From Eledone cirrhosa (lineage: Eukaryota), in assembly GCA_964016885.1 (NCBI GenBank), contig OZ024745.1:78864001-78928000 (forward strand): a stretch of DNA of 64,000 bases. Direction: 5' to 3'. Shown one piece after another: positions 12,801 through 27,800 of this stretch; positions within the stretch are counted from its first letter, which is position 1; each line of letters begins with the position of its first letter. The translations under genes were made by a program, and so were the position numbers. The notes under the pieces were generated by a model. It searched no databases, was not told the origin of the DNA, and was given only the letters and a program-made list of their open reading frames with translations.

Positions 12801-15800
12801 ATACAGTCTGCCTTTCATTTTTAGGGAGAAACCTTTAGCGGCCAATAGTGGTATAAGCTCTCTGAACTTTTTACATCCCGTTCTGACTCTAGCTACTGTA
12901 CTTTCAGAGCACCCACCACCACTGCTGATTTTGTCACCCAGGTAATAGAAGGTGTCTACTATTTCTATAGAACCATCTGGGCAATGGAAGGAGGTAGTAT
13001 CCTGTGGGCACTTGCTACTACTTATTGCACCTGAGCACCAGCCACATATAAAATCTATGTTCTTGGTTAGTTTACCTGTGATCCCACTACATCTTTTATG
13101 CACCCATACTTTGCATTTGGGACATAAAATGGAGTTTCTGTCTACTCCTTCCCTACACACTGAGCATGGCCATTTCCCAGAGGGGACCAGTGCCCTATTT
13201 TCCTTCCTACATACTTGAACTACATACTTGAACAAGTTAATTTTAAGGCCTTTTGATTCTAGGCCATTCTCTAGTTCAGCCATTGATTCAGCTATGAGCG
13301 TTAGATCATCTGCGTATAGAAGTTCTCATGAGCAGCCGGTCTTGAACTCCTCTGTTATAGCCTGAAGGGCAATAATAAATAGGAGGGGACTAAAGACAGA
13401 GCCCTGATGAACACCGACTTTTACGCTAAATTCTTCACTATATTCGTTGTTAATTCTAACCTTGCTGACTGTTTCTTTATACATGGCTTGTATAGCTCTC
13501 ATGAACCATTCATCAATACCTAGTTTTCTAAGAGCCCAATAGATAATGGAGCGGGGGACTCTGTAAAAGGCTTTCTCCAAGTACATAAAAGCTAAGTATA
13601 GGGGTTTACTTTTAGCTAGGTACTTCTCTTGCAGTTGTCGTACAAGGAAAAGAGCGTCTGTGGTACTTTTACCTGACACAAACCCAAACTGCATTTCATC
13701 TAAATCAATTCGCTCTCTGATTAGTTGCGCTATAACTCTTTCTGTGACCTTCATGACCTGGTCAACTAATTTAATGCCTCTGTAGTTTCCCCTATCTAGG
13801 GCATCTCCTTTACCCTTGATGATGATGCTACGCCAGTCATTTTGTATAACCCCATTCTGTATGACTTGGTTCACTATCCGGGAGACCATAGTGTGTCCCA
13901 TCGATCCAGATGCTTTCAGCATTTCGGCAACTATCTCCGAAGGCCCAGCTGTTTTGCCTGTCTTCCTCTCTTTGATTGCCTTACTTGCACTGCTGGTCCC
14001 TCTATTGGATCAATTTGGGGCAGACTATCTTTTTCTCACTTATTCTCTTCATTTAGTAGCCTCTCGTAGTGACACTTCCAAGCTACCTTCTTATCAGTAT
14101 CAGTGACGGCAAGTATACCATCATCATTATGTACACACTTCTCCCCGACAATATCACGATTTTCCTTGACACATTGTCTAGCAATCCTGAACACCTCACG
14201 TTTTTGGTCCTCGTGTTGTAGAACAAGCTTGAACTTTCTTTCCCCTGCTTTAAGTATAAAATAAATAGCAACCTATCAGCTGTATTGCCTCTCCCCCAGA
14301 ATGTAATGGCCCTTTTTAAGTCCTTGAGTTAAAGACCTCTGAACTACATAATGAGGAAATCCTGAACAGAAATGTTAATCTCAAACTTACCTGAAGTGTC
14401 CAAACTACTGTGCAAAATATCCATAAATTCTTTGATTTTTTTACTGAAATTGCAATTATTTTCCTGTTCTATATCAATAATATCTACAAGTAGAAATCAT
14501 TATCAATATTATCTGTTTCCAACAGTTTCGTGCAAACTTCTATTATACCACTGAGTGGATAACTATACTTTTTAGGTGTGTGCAACATTGTCTTGGGAAT
14601 GTGAAATGGTATTTGGATGTTACATCTACTCTGTCGTAGGGTTTAATTAGTCATTTCTGGAGTTATTTTAATGTTTCATTTGTTGAGAATCGGTAGAGTG
14701 TCGGGCTTTGGTTGAGATATTTTGTTGCATGGTAAGGTAGTGGATTGGCATAATCGGTAGAGTGTCATAATTGGTTGTTATTTTGTTGGGTGGTAAGGTA
14801 GTGGATTGGCAGAATCAGTAGAGTGTCATAATTAGTTGTTATTTTGTTGGGTGGTAAGGTGGTAGATTGGCAGAATCGGTAGAGTGTCAGAATTAGTTGC
14901 TATTTTGTTGGGTGGTAAGGTGGTGGATTGGTAGAATCAGTAGAGTGTCAGAATTGGTTATTATTTTGGTGGTAAGGTGGTAGTGTGTCAAACAAAATGC
15001 TTTTGCATATATAGTTATGACTTTCTATGTTCTGAGTACAAATCCTGCCAAAGTCAGCCTTACCGTTCATCCTTCCAGAGTCGATAAAATAAAGTACCAG
15101 TTAAATATTGGTGTCGATATAATTTACTTTCCCCTTCTCTCTAGCCTTATACTAATGTTAGAAAAAGTTCTTTTGTTGGGTGTTGATCATCTTGTGCAAA
15201 TTACCATATCTTATTAGGTGATTGTTTAAAAAATGTTCTGTATGGATTGTGTTATCGTATTGGCAGGTCATTGTGAAGAGAATTGTGTGTTGTGTGAGTT
15301 GTATGAGGTCTGTCGAAAAATTATCTGACTTTAGGCTAGGAAAAAAAACATTATGTACTTGGTGTGGTTCAATTGCTAATCCCCTTTAAAGTAGGCCGCT
15401 AGTGCCTCCACACACATAACCCAGTGATCTTTCCACTGTTCAAATCACATCTGGAATAGTTTTTCCAGAATGTCTCTCAGCTCCATCATTGCAGTCCACA
15501 TGATATCCTCTGAACTTTTAAAGTGGGAGCCTTTCAGTAGCATTTTCATTTTGGAGAACAACCAGTATTGTTAAGAGCCTGGTGAATGTGTAAAATGCCT
15601 TTCTTTGCCAAGAAACTTTGATTAGCTGTGACAAATGAGTGACAGAGTTGTAATGAAGCAGTTGCCACTTTTACAAGGCCCACAAATCCAGTGTCTGACA
15701 CCAATCTGCATCACTCACAAAGATATCAAAGGAATTTTGTAACTGTTTGTCGTTCTAGTGCACAACATCCCAGTAGATGAATAAAACAGTCAGCATAACA

Positions 15801-18800
15801 TTGATTTTGCTCTGCACCTGGCATGCTTTTTGGGGCCTTGATGACATTGGATGATTGAATTTTGGTTTCTAGATACACCCACATTTCATCCCTGGTTATC
15901 ACAGAATTTAGTAACTCAAGGTCCTCATAAGCACACAAAAACTATGCATGTGCATGAATGTAAGCAACTCCACTGTCTCCCTAATGTCATTACTTCCTAT
16001 GGGAAAAAATAAAGACAGATACTTTTTGATAGACCTCATATAAACAAAAAGTGCACAAATGAATTGAAAGTTTGTTGCTTAGAGTGTGAGTTATCCCTAG
16101 GAGTGCTTTATACGTTTTGCAAAGTTGTAAGTCCTGGATATGTTTCCGTTTGTGTTTTTCTTTATCATGCTCAGTGCCCCATTTTATCATCAATTTGTTT
16201 GTCACATATTTCTCAGCTTATATACAAGTATATCAATAATAATTTTTTTTTTTTGCTCACTACACTTGATTACATGAGTGAGTATATGTCTGTGTGTGTG
16301 TGTGTGTGGATTATATAATACATCTATGATGTGTAATTGGAGAACAATGTTAACAAAGTCGATGACAAATATGAGAGATTTCTACTTACATTCTTCAGGT
16401 ATATTTATATATGTATTCAAACTTTCTATACACTTCTTAACTATACACAAATTTTCACAGTCCATATTAGCACAAACTTCTCTAATCTGTTCTTTTGCAC
16501 TTTTATCCTTTTTTTTCACATCAAAACCAACCAAAGCTGTCAGACCAATAACCTAAAATAAAGTGTATTAAAATATGAAAGTGAGCTAATTTTTAGCACT
16601 TAACCACTACTAAATCACCAATAAACTTTAGTCTTCCCACTTCAAAGTATTCATAAGCTAGTAAGGAGGCCTATAAATATTCACAAATACTAATGTATAA
16701 AGTGTGTATATGTGTATGTATATGTGGTGTGGTAAATAAATATTTACATATACATCAGGTCCGAACACAATGGAACCAAACTGCCATTGTCAATGCCTCC
16801 ATCTCTCCCACTCCTCCATTTCTCACTATTATAAGCAAATATAGGCCTACACGCTGGCCAACCTGAGACAGATAGAGATTTTTCCCTGGAGGATGGTGAG
16901 GGAGAAGCGCTGGAAGAGCCATTCCAGATTGTGAAGTTCACACCTGTGGGTAGCCAACTCTGTGACAATGGTGGTGAGTAGGGAGGTAGTCCTAGGACCA
17001 AGGACACCAGATGTCTCCACTGCTATGGGCTCGACTGCAAACCTGTTGGAGAGCAGCCCAAAGTGCAGCAAATCCTGGGTTAGTCACAGACTGCACCATG
17101 TTGTTGCTGGAGAAAGTGTTGCTGCTTGCAGCAGCCATGACAAGAGGTTTACCACCATGGAACGGAAAGATGGTCATGCAGTCTGGCTTTTTGCCATCAT
17201 CTTGGTCCAGCCCCGCCGGCTTAAATTGAAAGGGGAAGCCAGCAGAATCCAAGCCATGCTTTATGATCTCGTTGAGAGTAGCATGGCATGGAAGGCAACC
17301 AGCACCGTAGCAACAGGACAGTGGGTAGAGGCTGAAAGAATCTACGGTGAATCTGCAGCCACATTTATGTGGCTTGCAAATTCAGAGGCCAAGCCTCAGG
17401 GAAACTCCAAATCGCAGGGTATCCTTATCCAGGTGTGTGTCAGTTGAAAAGGAGGGTAAGTCATTAAGCCAGGCACCACTGTGGGGTTGCAAGGCCAACC
17501 GAAAACATGTGAGGCAGTGCTGCTCGAGCTGGCACGATAGCCTGTCCAAGACCATGTCACACTGGATGGCATCCTATATGCTCTGAGGCGATTTGACATC
17601 TACAGGTGGAAAAGAAGGAGGGACAACTACTGGGTGGAGTCCAAGCTGGTTCCAAGTCTCGCAGGTGGCCTCACATTCCTAGATCACAGTGGATCCCGTT
17701 GTGTTGTGGAGAACTCTGTTGATGAGAACATGGCAAGAAGTTACTGATGAAAGAAACGCCAGCAAAGCCAGTATGACCAGAGACCGGAGACCATGGTTTC
17801 TAACAGGTAAGGTGGCCTGGTGCCATCCAAATTCATTGAACCTGACGTTACATATCTCCTCAGCAGTCACTCGGATACAAGTATTGAGGTCAGTGAGGAA
17901 AGGTTTGCGATTGTAGCAAGAAGCACTACGAAATATGTAAAGGAGCTTCGGCATAGTGAAGCAGTATCTCAACAGGAAAAAAACTGGCTTGGCATTAATC
18001 ATGCCCAGTCTGCTTGTGAGGGTCATGAGCTGCTGGAGCCTGGATCTGATGGTGGAGAGGATGGCCAACAAGAGGATCAGCGTCCTGAGGATGAGGACAT
18101 CCTCTTTCGGGGTCACCTACTCCTGGCAGAGAATGGATCACCCGTCCAAGCTGGAGGCTGCAAAGCCCTCTGCATTGTGGTTAACATTCACCACCTCTGA
18201 TTTGGATGAGTTGATCTTGAGGCCAATTCTCACCAAAGCAGGAACAACCAATTGCAGGTCGTGACAGATAGTCTTCATGGGCCTACCCAATGTGGCATCA
18301 TCCAGGTACCAAACATTGAAAGGGACCATGATGTTCTGAGAAATGTGGTCTATCCAAAGAGCAAAGAGGAAGGGGTCCAAAGGGTCACCCTGTTGAAGCC
18401 CAGTGACTGAAGGTATGATCATGACAGCAGCAAGGAGCATGCTCGGGGCTCCATATGACAGGCAGGCCAGCAGGTAAGCAGAGGGGGCTCGGCTGAGGCA
18501 GGTCTCAGGCAGATGGTCACAGTATAAGCAGTTAAAGGCATTCCTCATGTCAAGCTTGACAACGAGGTGCCTGGCATCCCTCGACACTGGTTCCGATGAG
18601 CAGCTGTTGAAGAACTGCCTAGTTGCATGTGCATAGACATACAGACCTCTAGTTGCACCGGGCTGAGCTCCTGGCTCGGTTCAGGTGTGATGGACCTCCA
18701 AACCACCTTAGCAGCCAGCATCCGGAAGACATTACCCACAGTGATGTATGTCATTACCCACATATGTCACCCTCTTTCTACCTGAGAGCAGTCAAGCTGG

Positions 18801-21800
18801 CCGGAAAGAAGAGGCCTCAGGCATAAGGGTACAGGGTGCCATGGATAAACCTGTTGATGAGTGCCACAATTACACTTACAAGGTGGTGCCTGGCTTTGGC
18901 TGATAGGGGGGATATCAACACCTTAATGTGGCCAGGTCAGAGACCATCAGTACATCCGCTGCTGCTGGCAGGGAAGGACTTAATGGCAGACATGATGACT
19001 GCATCCGATGCCACATATAGTGGGTGAGAATCAGACGGGGGTATGGGTCAGAGGTCTGCGGGCGGCTCAGGTTGCTTGAGACGAAGAGCAGCCAGGACCT
19101 CCCCGGTGAAGTGGAGAACAGTGCCCTCTGAGACAACTACCTTGACCATGGCTGAGACATCACCCACAATTAGTTTGGCATGTATGGTCACGGAGTTCTT
19201 ACACATGGCTATTCTAGCCACCCCATACTGTGCGCAGAACTAACATAACTAGTGTTAGCCCGGTGTTTGCAACTAGTGGAAATCAAATTAGTTGAGCTTT
19301 TCATAATTTGGGCTGGGTTTTACTGGGTGGATGCCCTTCCTATCACCAACCACTTTAAAGTGTGGACTTGGCGCATTGTTCATGCTACTAGCACTAGAAA
19401 GGTTATCTTACCAGACTTAAGTGTCCTCTCCACCCTGTATCAGTTTTTATTTGGAGTGTCTACTTTCTATGGCTTCTATGTCTTACTGCCCCGTGCAGTT
19501 GTTTTTAATCGGAGTCACTACTCTCCTAGACAGGTTGCCTTCACTATGGCTTGCATAGTTAATAAAATAGTACTCTTGACCAATATTAGAAATCTTTATT
19601 ACTGGCACACTGCCATTGTTCAAAATTGAGACTTTTAATTGGTTGTGTCACATTAATAGAGGTCTTTAATGAAAGATATGTTATTACACTTGACATCAGT
19701 AAAGCCTTTTATTGTGTCTGGTATGAAAATGTCCTTGTCTTGGCTCTTTAATCCAGTTTTGCAGCCTCTGCCCTATAGCACTCTTTCCAAACTTTTTTCA
19801 TACCTGTATGTTCAGTTACGTGTCCCACACTTTTCCTTCCATACATTAACAACCTGCTTGCTGTCACTTCTAACAGTGCCTATGACACCACCCATCATTT
19901 CTCCTTTATCTTTCATGGTGACATCATCCATTTGCAACCTTAACACTTCAAGCTAGATCTGTACTGCCTTCATGAACAGAGATCTGGACAATCCCTTTTA
20001 AAGAGGAGTTCATTCAACAACACAAAAAAACACTATAGTTACATACATCATCAAACAATTTTGTTCATGACTTTCTCTATGTATGAAAAATACTTTCAAA
20101 GTTACAACAAATATAACAGTGCTAAAATAGCACCACGAAGACTAGAGATCTTCTCTTTAGAGTCAGAAAATAATTCAGTCCTAACCAGTTTCTAATCTAA
20201 CTGGAAAATCATCTGACTGACAGGGAAAAAAAATTTCATTTATTAACATACTTCAATCATTAGCTCAAAGCTGTGCTGTTTCTATTCTGACTCTTCTACT
20301 GCAACCTCTGTTTTCTGTCTAGCCAACTACATTAACAATCCATTATGATCCACCTAGTACACCAATCTCTCTACCTCCTAACATTGATATTTTGTGACCT
20401 GAACTCCTATCCCGTCAGAATCCACACTGAACACTTTACCCAGTACTTTCTCTCTATAAACATGATCAGCTGGAATCTGGAATCTCTCCCTGCCATCATT
20501 ACCTTGCAGATATTAACAAAACAAATGTCCAAACTAAACATCAACTACATGAATTTCAGTAATTTTCAGAGAGCCTACAAAGTTTAGGAATGCTGTTCCT
20601 ACCTCATTGACTAATTTATAAAGTAAAGTACAATAAAGATAACAACTCTTTATTCTTTCCAAGCCTTGCTAACTTGCATTTTGTTCCTCACATAGTAGAT
20701 ACAAGAGTTTTATTTGTCTGTTTTTACTTTCTGCAGGAATATGGAAAAGGTATTTTTGTATAAGGTTGCCAACCAATGATACAGAAGAACTTACCTGGGG
20801 TAACGGATAATTTTTGTTATCAATTTTATCATCAATGTACATCGACATAAGAACATTGTAAGGATGTTTGGCATAAGTATGATGACATTCATCAATTATC
20901 AATAGTGTAATAATGGAGAAATTCTGATGTCTACCTAACAACAAATCATCAACCAGAGATTGTGGTGTCATAACAATAATATCATATCTGTAAAAATACA
21001 TAAAGAGATATGAAAAAAATAAGATATATCACACATATATGTTTCAGCAGCTAGTTCCATATACAAGGAGCATTCAAAAAGTTCATGGAAAATGCATTTT
21101 TAGGAACACTATGTAAATATGTTTTGTGACTTGCTTGCAGCAACTTAAATGTGTACATACATGTTCTAAACTGTATGATCATAAAGTAATTTGAAGCAAT
21201 AGAACCACCCTTAAAGCAGCATGTGTTCTATCAAAACTGAAGCAAGAACCAACATCAAATTTATGTTAAAACTTGGTTGGAAGAAAAAGGACATTATTGA
21301 AGCTTTGAGAATTGTTTATGGGTTTACTTCCCTTAAAAATCTACAATTTACAAATGGATAGCACATTTCAAAGAACGACAAAAATGGAGTTGAAGATGAT
21401 GGACCAACTAGCAGGCCACCAACTTCAGGTTGTGAAGAATATGTAGCAAGAGTTGCCTCCCTTGTTGTGACAATCACATCACCAGTAGCGCTCTCTAGAC
21501 AGGAAGTAGCTGGAGTTACTTCCCGTTGTGGTTGCAAAGCCTTCTTTGTCACTTCCGTCCAGGGACCCTATAAAAGGAACAGCTGAAAGCTGTCTCTCTC
21601 TCATTTGACTCTTTTAACCTGCCTGGCCCTTCAGCCAGGCGTCTTCCGCCGCGTTACGCCGAGGGTATACTCTCTGGCAACCTGAACATGGTAATGTAAA
21701 GACCTTTTGATCTCTTGCGCGATGACTTCAAAACGGTAACAAATAACTTTAATTCATCCTTTCATCTACTCTTGGCATGTCAACTATTCTGCTCTACAAC

Positions 21801-24800
21801 CTTGTTAAATAAACATTGTACATACAACCTAGTGTCTTGTTATATTCATACAACCCAGTGTCGCTGTTATAAATATATTGATGCTGTTTGAGATTTAACT
21901 GATGGAGACTGGTGATTACTAGCAAAAAATAGCTCACACCCTAAACATCTCTGTTGGTTTAGTTCCCACAATTTTAAGTGATAAATTAAAGCTAAGCAAA
22001 CTTTCTGCTTGCTGGAATTTTTAAAGGAAATTATTAGACATCCACCCTACAGTCCCAATTTAGCCCCTGCTGATTTTTTTCTTATTTCCTAAACTTAAAT
22101 TCTTTTTAAATGTACCCAATTTGAGACCATTAATGATGTAAAAATGGTTTCATTGACATGGTTAAATTCTCAGAACCGTCAGATCTATGATGACAGTATA
22201 AATGAATGGTATCATCATTTACAAAAGTGACTTGATGTTGATTGTTTATGTGGAGAAATAAAGTTTTCCTTTCATACCATTTTTCCACAAACTTTGTTAA
22301 TGCCCCTCATATATATATATACTGTATATATATCAATGATATTAATAAATGGAAACTATATTTATAAACCCATATTTATTCTATTATATATATTTCAAGG
22401 GTACCAAAACTTTGGTACACTCTCATCAGATAAAATACAAAGTTTGTTTTATAAATAGTGACATACCCAGGAATCAGACCTTAACGGTTCAAGTTCCGTC
22501 TGGATAGTGAAAGGAAAGAGGGAAAAGGGGAAGAAAGGAAAAAACAAATATTTCAAATTACTTTGATGAATATGCAAATGAAGTTGAAGTGTAGGGCTGA
22601 AAAAATCGTTATTTTTAGACGCTAGGTAGATTTAAATAATTATTAGGATATATATATCTTGCCATCACTGATGCTGATAAGAAGGTAGCTTGGAAGTGTC
22701 ACTATGGGAGGCTACTAAATAAGGAGAATAAATGGGACAAAGACAGTAAGCCTCACATCAATCCAATAGAGGGGCCAGCAGTGCAAGTTGAAGGTAGTAT
22801 AATAAGTAAGGCAATCAGAGATATGAAGACAGGGAAGGGCAGCTGGGCCTTCGGAGATAGTTGCTGAAATGCTGAAAGCATCTGGAACAGTGGGACACAC
22901 TATGATCACCCGGATAGTAAACCAAGTCATACAGAATGGGGTCGTTCCGAAGGACTGGCGTAGCAGCATCATCATTAACTGCTACAAGGGTAAAGGAGAT
23001 GCCCTAGATAGGGGAAACTATAGAGGCATTAAATTAATTGACCAGGTCATGAAGGTCACAGAAAAAGTTATAGCGCAACTAATCAGAGAGTGAATTGAGC
23101 TAGATGAAATGCAGTTTGGGTTTGTGTCAGGTAAAAGTACCACAGACGCTCTTTTCCTTGTATGACAACTACAGGAGAAGTACCTAGCTAAAAGTAAACC
23201 CCTATACTTAGCTTTTGTTGACTTTGAGAAAGCCTTTCACAGAGTCCCTCGCTCCATTATATGGTGGGCTCTTACAAAACTAGGTGTTGATGAATGGCTT
23301 GTGAGAGCTATACAAGCCATGTATAAAGATCAAGTATAAAATCAGCAGTGGTGGAGGGTGCTCTGAAAGTACAGTAGCTAGAGTCAGAATGGGATGGAAA
23401 AAGTTCAGAGAGCTTATACCACTATTGGCCGCTAAAGGTTTATCTCTAAAAATGAAAGGCAGACCGTATGATGCCTGCATACGAACAGCAATGTTACATG
23501 GCAGTGAAACATGGGCATTGTGTGCAGAGGATATACGCAGACTGGAGAGGAACGAAGCTTGCATGCTCCGCTGGAGGTGTAATAGTAATATACGTGAACG
23601 GCAAAGCATAAAAGAACTGAGAAATTAGGAATAAGAGGGATCAGATGGTATTTACTCGAGAGAAGACTACGTTGGTACGGTCACGTGATGCGCACGAAAG
23701 ACGACAGCTGTATAAAAAAAGTGCAGGGCGATCAAAATAGACGGTAGCTGCGGAGTAGGCAGACCCAGAAAAACCTGGGACGATTTGATAAATTTCGACC
23801 TTACACATTTACACCTCTCCAAGACAATGTCACTGGACCGAGATCTTTGGCGCTACGCAGTAATACAGAAGACCCGCCTTGCCTAAGTACAAAGCAAAAC
23901 CTAGTCAGTAGGCACCTCTTAACCAAAAATACACCCCATCCCACTACCCCTACCCCACCCCCCATCTACACCACCCCTTTCGCTGTAAAGTTATGTTGGT
24001 ACCACAACATCCAGTCCTAAATAAATGAAGTCGTGTAGGTGTCACGACAAAAAAAGAAACACAGTCTACGCTGTAATGTGGTCGTATAGGTAACACGGTA
24101 AAAACCTCCCAGTCCACACTGTAAACGTGGATGGTGTTAGGAAGGGCATCCAGCCATAGAAAACCTGCCAGACAGGCCTACATGAGCAAGACAACCAATC
24201 TTGCCTCAAGTGGGACAATTCCCGTCTAAACCCATGCTAGCGTGGAAGATGGATGTTAAACGATGATGATGATGATATGTGGGAAGAAGAAAGAGAAGCT
24301 TATATTTATAGTATTACAGTGTACGTGAATTTAAAAATTGAATCGTTAAAAATTAAAAGTTTGTTGAAGTGGTGGAATATCAATCCAGAATTTTAAAAAT
24401 ATTTAACTAAATCATGAGTTATAATATTATATATATAATCATTATAATTAGATTATATGAAGAATTATGGTTGTAAGTACATTTTATCTTATTATATTAC
24501 AACAGGTTGTAAGTATATAAATATCTATATAGATTAATAAATATATAAATATAAATATTATTGGTGATTATATGCTGTTATTTTTTATAGATATACAACA
24601 CACGTATTAATTTGTTTACATTTATAATGTAAGTTACGAAGGATGTTGGGTTTATTTTTTAAATATATAGTTAAGAAAAAAGACAGTTCAAATTTTAAGA
24701 GAAGAACATTTTGTACATTCAAATAGCTTCATCAAAAATTGAAAATATTTACAGAAAATTATTAAGTTAGCGATCATTTTTGTAAATAGCCTCGTCTAAC

Positions 24801-27800
24801 TTATCTACCAACTCCCCCTCCTTTCTATTTTTCTCTAATGTAAATACATTGGGAACTAAAAAAAAAGTTATTATGTTTGCTCAATTGTAAAGGAAAAGAT
24901 AACTCCAATATTGTTTTTTAAACTATTAATGTTACATATAAGTATGTATACGTACATACATATATGTATACAGACGTACAGTAGTATGTATATATATATA
25001 TATATATATATATACATACATGCATACATATATATGTACGTATGGATTCACCGAACATTTATTATAATGCTCGGTGTGTTTGTAAACAAACATCCCGAAT
25101 TAAGCCGTACAGTGTCTAGCAACCATCGTTGCTCATTTGTTCAACGCTGTACTAGTTTCAAGCTTATTAGCTATCGTCAGCAACGTATACCTTCCTGCCA
25201 GATGGTTGAACGTCTGAAAGTATATACTTTCCTTCTGCATATTAACGGCTGAGCAGCCTAATTTGCATATCGAGTGAGTTAATCGGCCAGGGTACCGAAA
25301 ACGATAAACGGAAAAATGAAATGAAATTTCGTTTCATTTTTCCGTTTATCGTTTTCGGTACCCCAGCCGATTAACTCATTAAGGCTATTAAGAAGGTATA
25401 CGTTGCTGATGATAGCTAATAAGCTTGAAACTAGTACAGTGTTCCTTTGTCAGTGTTGAACGAATGAGCAACGATGGTTGCTAGACACTGTACGGCTTAA
25501 TTCGGGATGTTTGTTTACAAACACACCGAACATTATAATAAATGTTCAGTGAATCCATACATACATATATATATGTGTGCATGTATGTATATATATATAC
25601 ATACTACTGTACGTCTGTATACATATATGTATGTACATATACATACTTATATTTAAGTAACAGCCATACTAAGAGTGAGAAATGAAATTTCGTTTCATTT
25701 TCCCATTTATTAATGTTAGATTTGATGAATAATTTACTTAGAAAATGCGGAAAGTATGTAGAGAAAATTATATATTATTTTGTGTGAGATTATAAGGTAT
25801 TTTATATTACATGTTTTCAAGGATGAGAATTTCAATTATATATGTATTTAGATACTATCTACGTCGATTGATGTGTGAAAAGTTTGAAAATTATTTTTTT
25901 GTTGAATATTTGTTGAATTACCAACAAATTAAATATCTGTTTGCTTATATATATATATCATCATCATCATCATCATCAACGTTTAACGTCCGTGTTCCAC
26001 GCTTGCATGGGTTTGGACGGGGGTTTTCCCACTTGAGGCAAGAGTGATTGTCTTACTCGCATAGGACTGTCTGGCAGGTTTTCTACAGTTGGATGCCCTT
26101 CCTAACACCAACCACATTTACAGTGTGGGTCTGGGAGGTTTTTACCGTGTTGCCTACACGGCCACATTACAGCGTGGACTGCGTGTTTTTTTGTCGTGAC
26201 ACCTACACGATCTCATTTGTTTCGGCCTGGATGGTGTGGCACCAACATAACTTTACATAGAAGGGGGCAGTGTGGATAGGGTGGGGGTGGTGGGACGGGG
26301 GTGTATTTTGTTAGAGATGCCTACTAGTAGTAGGTTTTACTTTGTATTTAGGTAAGGCGGGTCTTCTCTATTACTGAGTACCGCCAAAGGTCTCGGTCCA
26401 GTGACATTGTCTTGATGAGGTGTAAGTGTGTGAGGTCGGAGTTTATATATATATATATATATATATATGATGGTGTAACATACTTGTTGGTACATACAGG
26501 AGATATGCTGCATTATAACAAAAAGTAAATTCACCTATACGTGATTGCGTGTGTGCGTGCATGCATGCGTGCGTGCGTGCATGCATGCGTGCGTGCATGC
26601 ATGCGTGTGTGCATGTGTGTGTTTTGCTTAACCAAACTTTAACAAGAAAATAAAATGAGCCCTTACGTGCGGAACATTTCCTTTTTCTCAACATGGCTTA
26701 TGGTGTTTCCAAAAACAGAAATAACTTTCAAGTTGTGCGGCAAATTTTTCTTCAGAAAATTTTCTTGCTGATCAACTAATGTAGTTTGATTGCATAAAAA
26801 GACTACTTTGCGACTGCTGCTTATATGGTTCTGAAAATGGTTCTGAAAATTAACAGATAAAAACAAAATTGCATTTCTCATAAATTGAGGTGAAAATATT
26901 CTTTTTTTTTTGTATATCATAAACAACAATTGTAACCAGTGAGGTTTATGGGTCTGTTTTCATCTCTGTAACTTTTTTTAATAAATCTTTCTAAACATTG
27001 CTTTCACTAACAGTAGATTAGATATGCTCAGCAAATATAAAACTTTCTTTCTTTCATCCATATTTATTTTCCTTTATAATTGTTTCTACTTTAGGCACAA
27101 GGCCAGCAATTACCAGTGCATTACTGGTACTTTATTTTATCGACCCCGTAAGGATGAAAGGCAAAGTCAACCTCGGCGGGATTTGAACTCAGATCGTAAA
27201 GGGACGTAACTATGCTAGAAAGCATGGCGTCCGACACTCTACCGATACTGCCAATCCACCGCCAATCCACTGCCAATCCATTTTCCTTTATAATATACAA
27301 TTATTAGATGTTGGCTTGGCTGCGTGGTTAAGCTTTGCAACCATATTTTGGATTCAGTCTACAACATAGCTATTTTGAAAAGTGACATAAGCAGATATGA
27401 GGGATAATAAGAGGTCATCATAATCATCGTCATCCTCATCATTTTATGTCTGTTTTCCATGCTCCCATGGGTTGGATGTATTCCTAAACACAAACATATA
27501 GTGAACAGATGAACTACTGCTATGAAGCCAACATACTTTGATGATAATTGTTTCTACTTTTGGCACAAGGCCAGCAATTACCCAGTGCATTACTGGTACT
27601 TTATTTTATCGACCCCGTAAGGATGAAAGGCAAAGTTAACCTTGGCGGGATTTGAACTCAGAATGGCAAGGGCCGTAACTCTATGCGTCAAAGCATGGCG
27701 TCCGACCCTCTACCGATACTGCCAAATGACAGCTAATTAATTTAATTAATATGTTGGCCAACACTATGATAGCTTCTCCAGCATGCATAAAGGGTATGGA

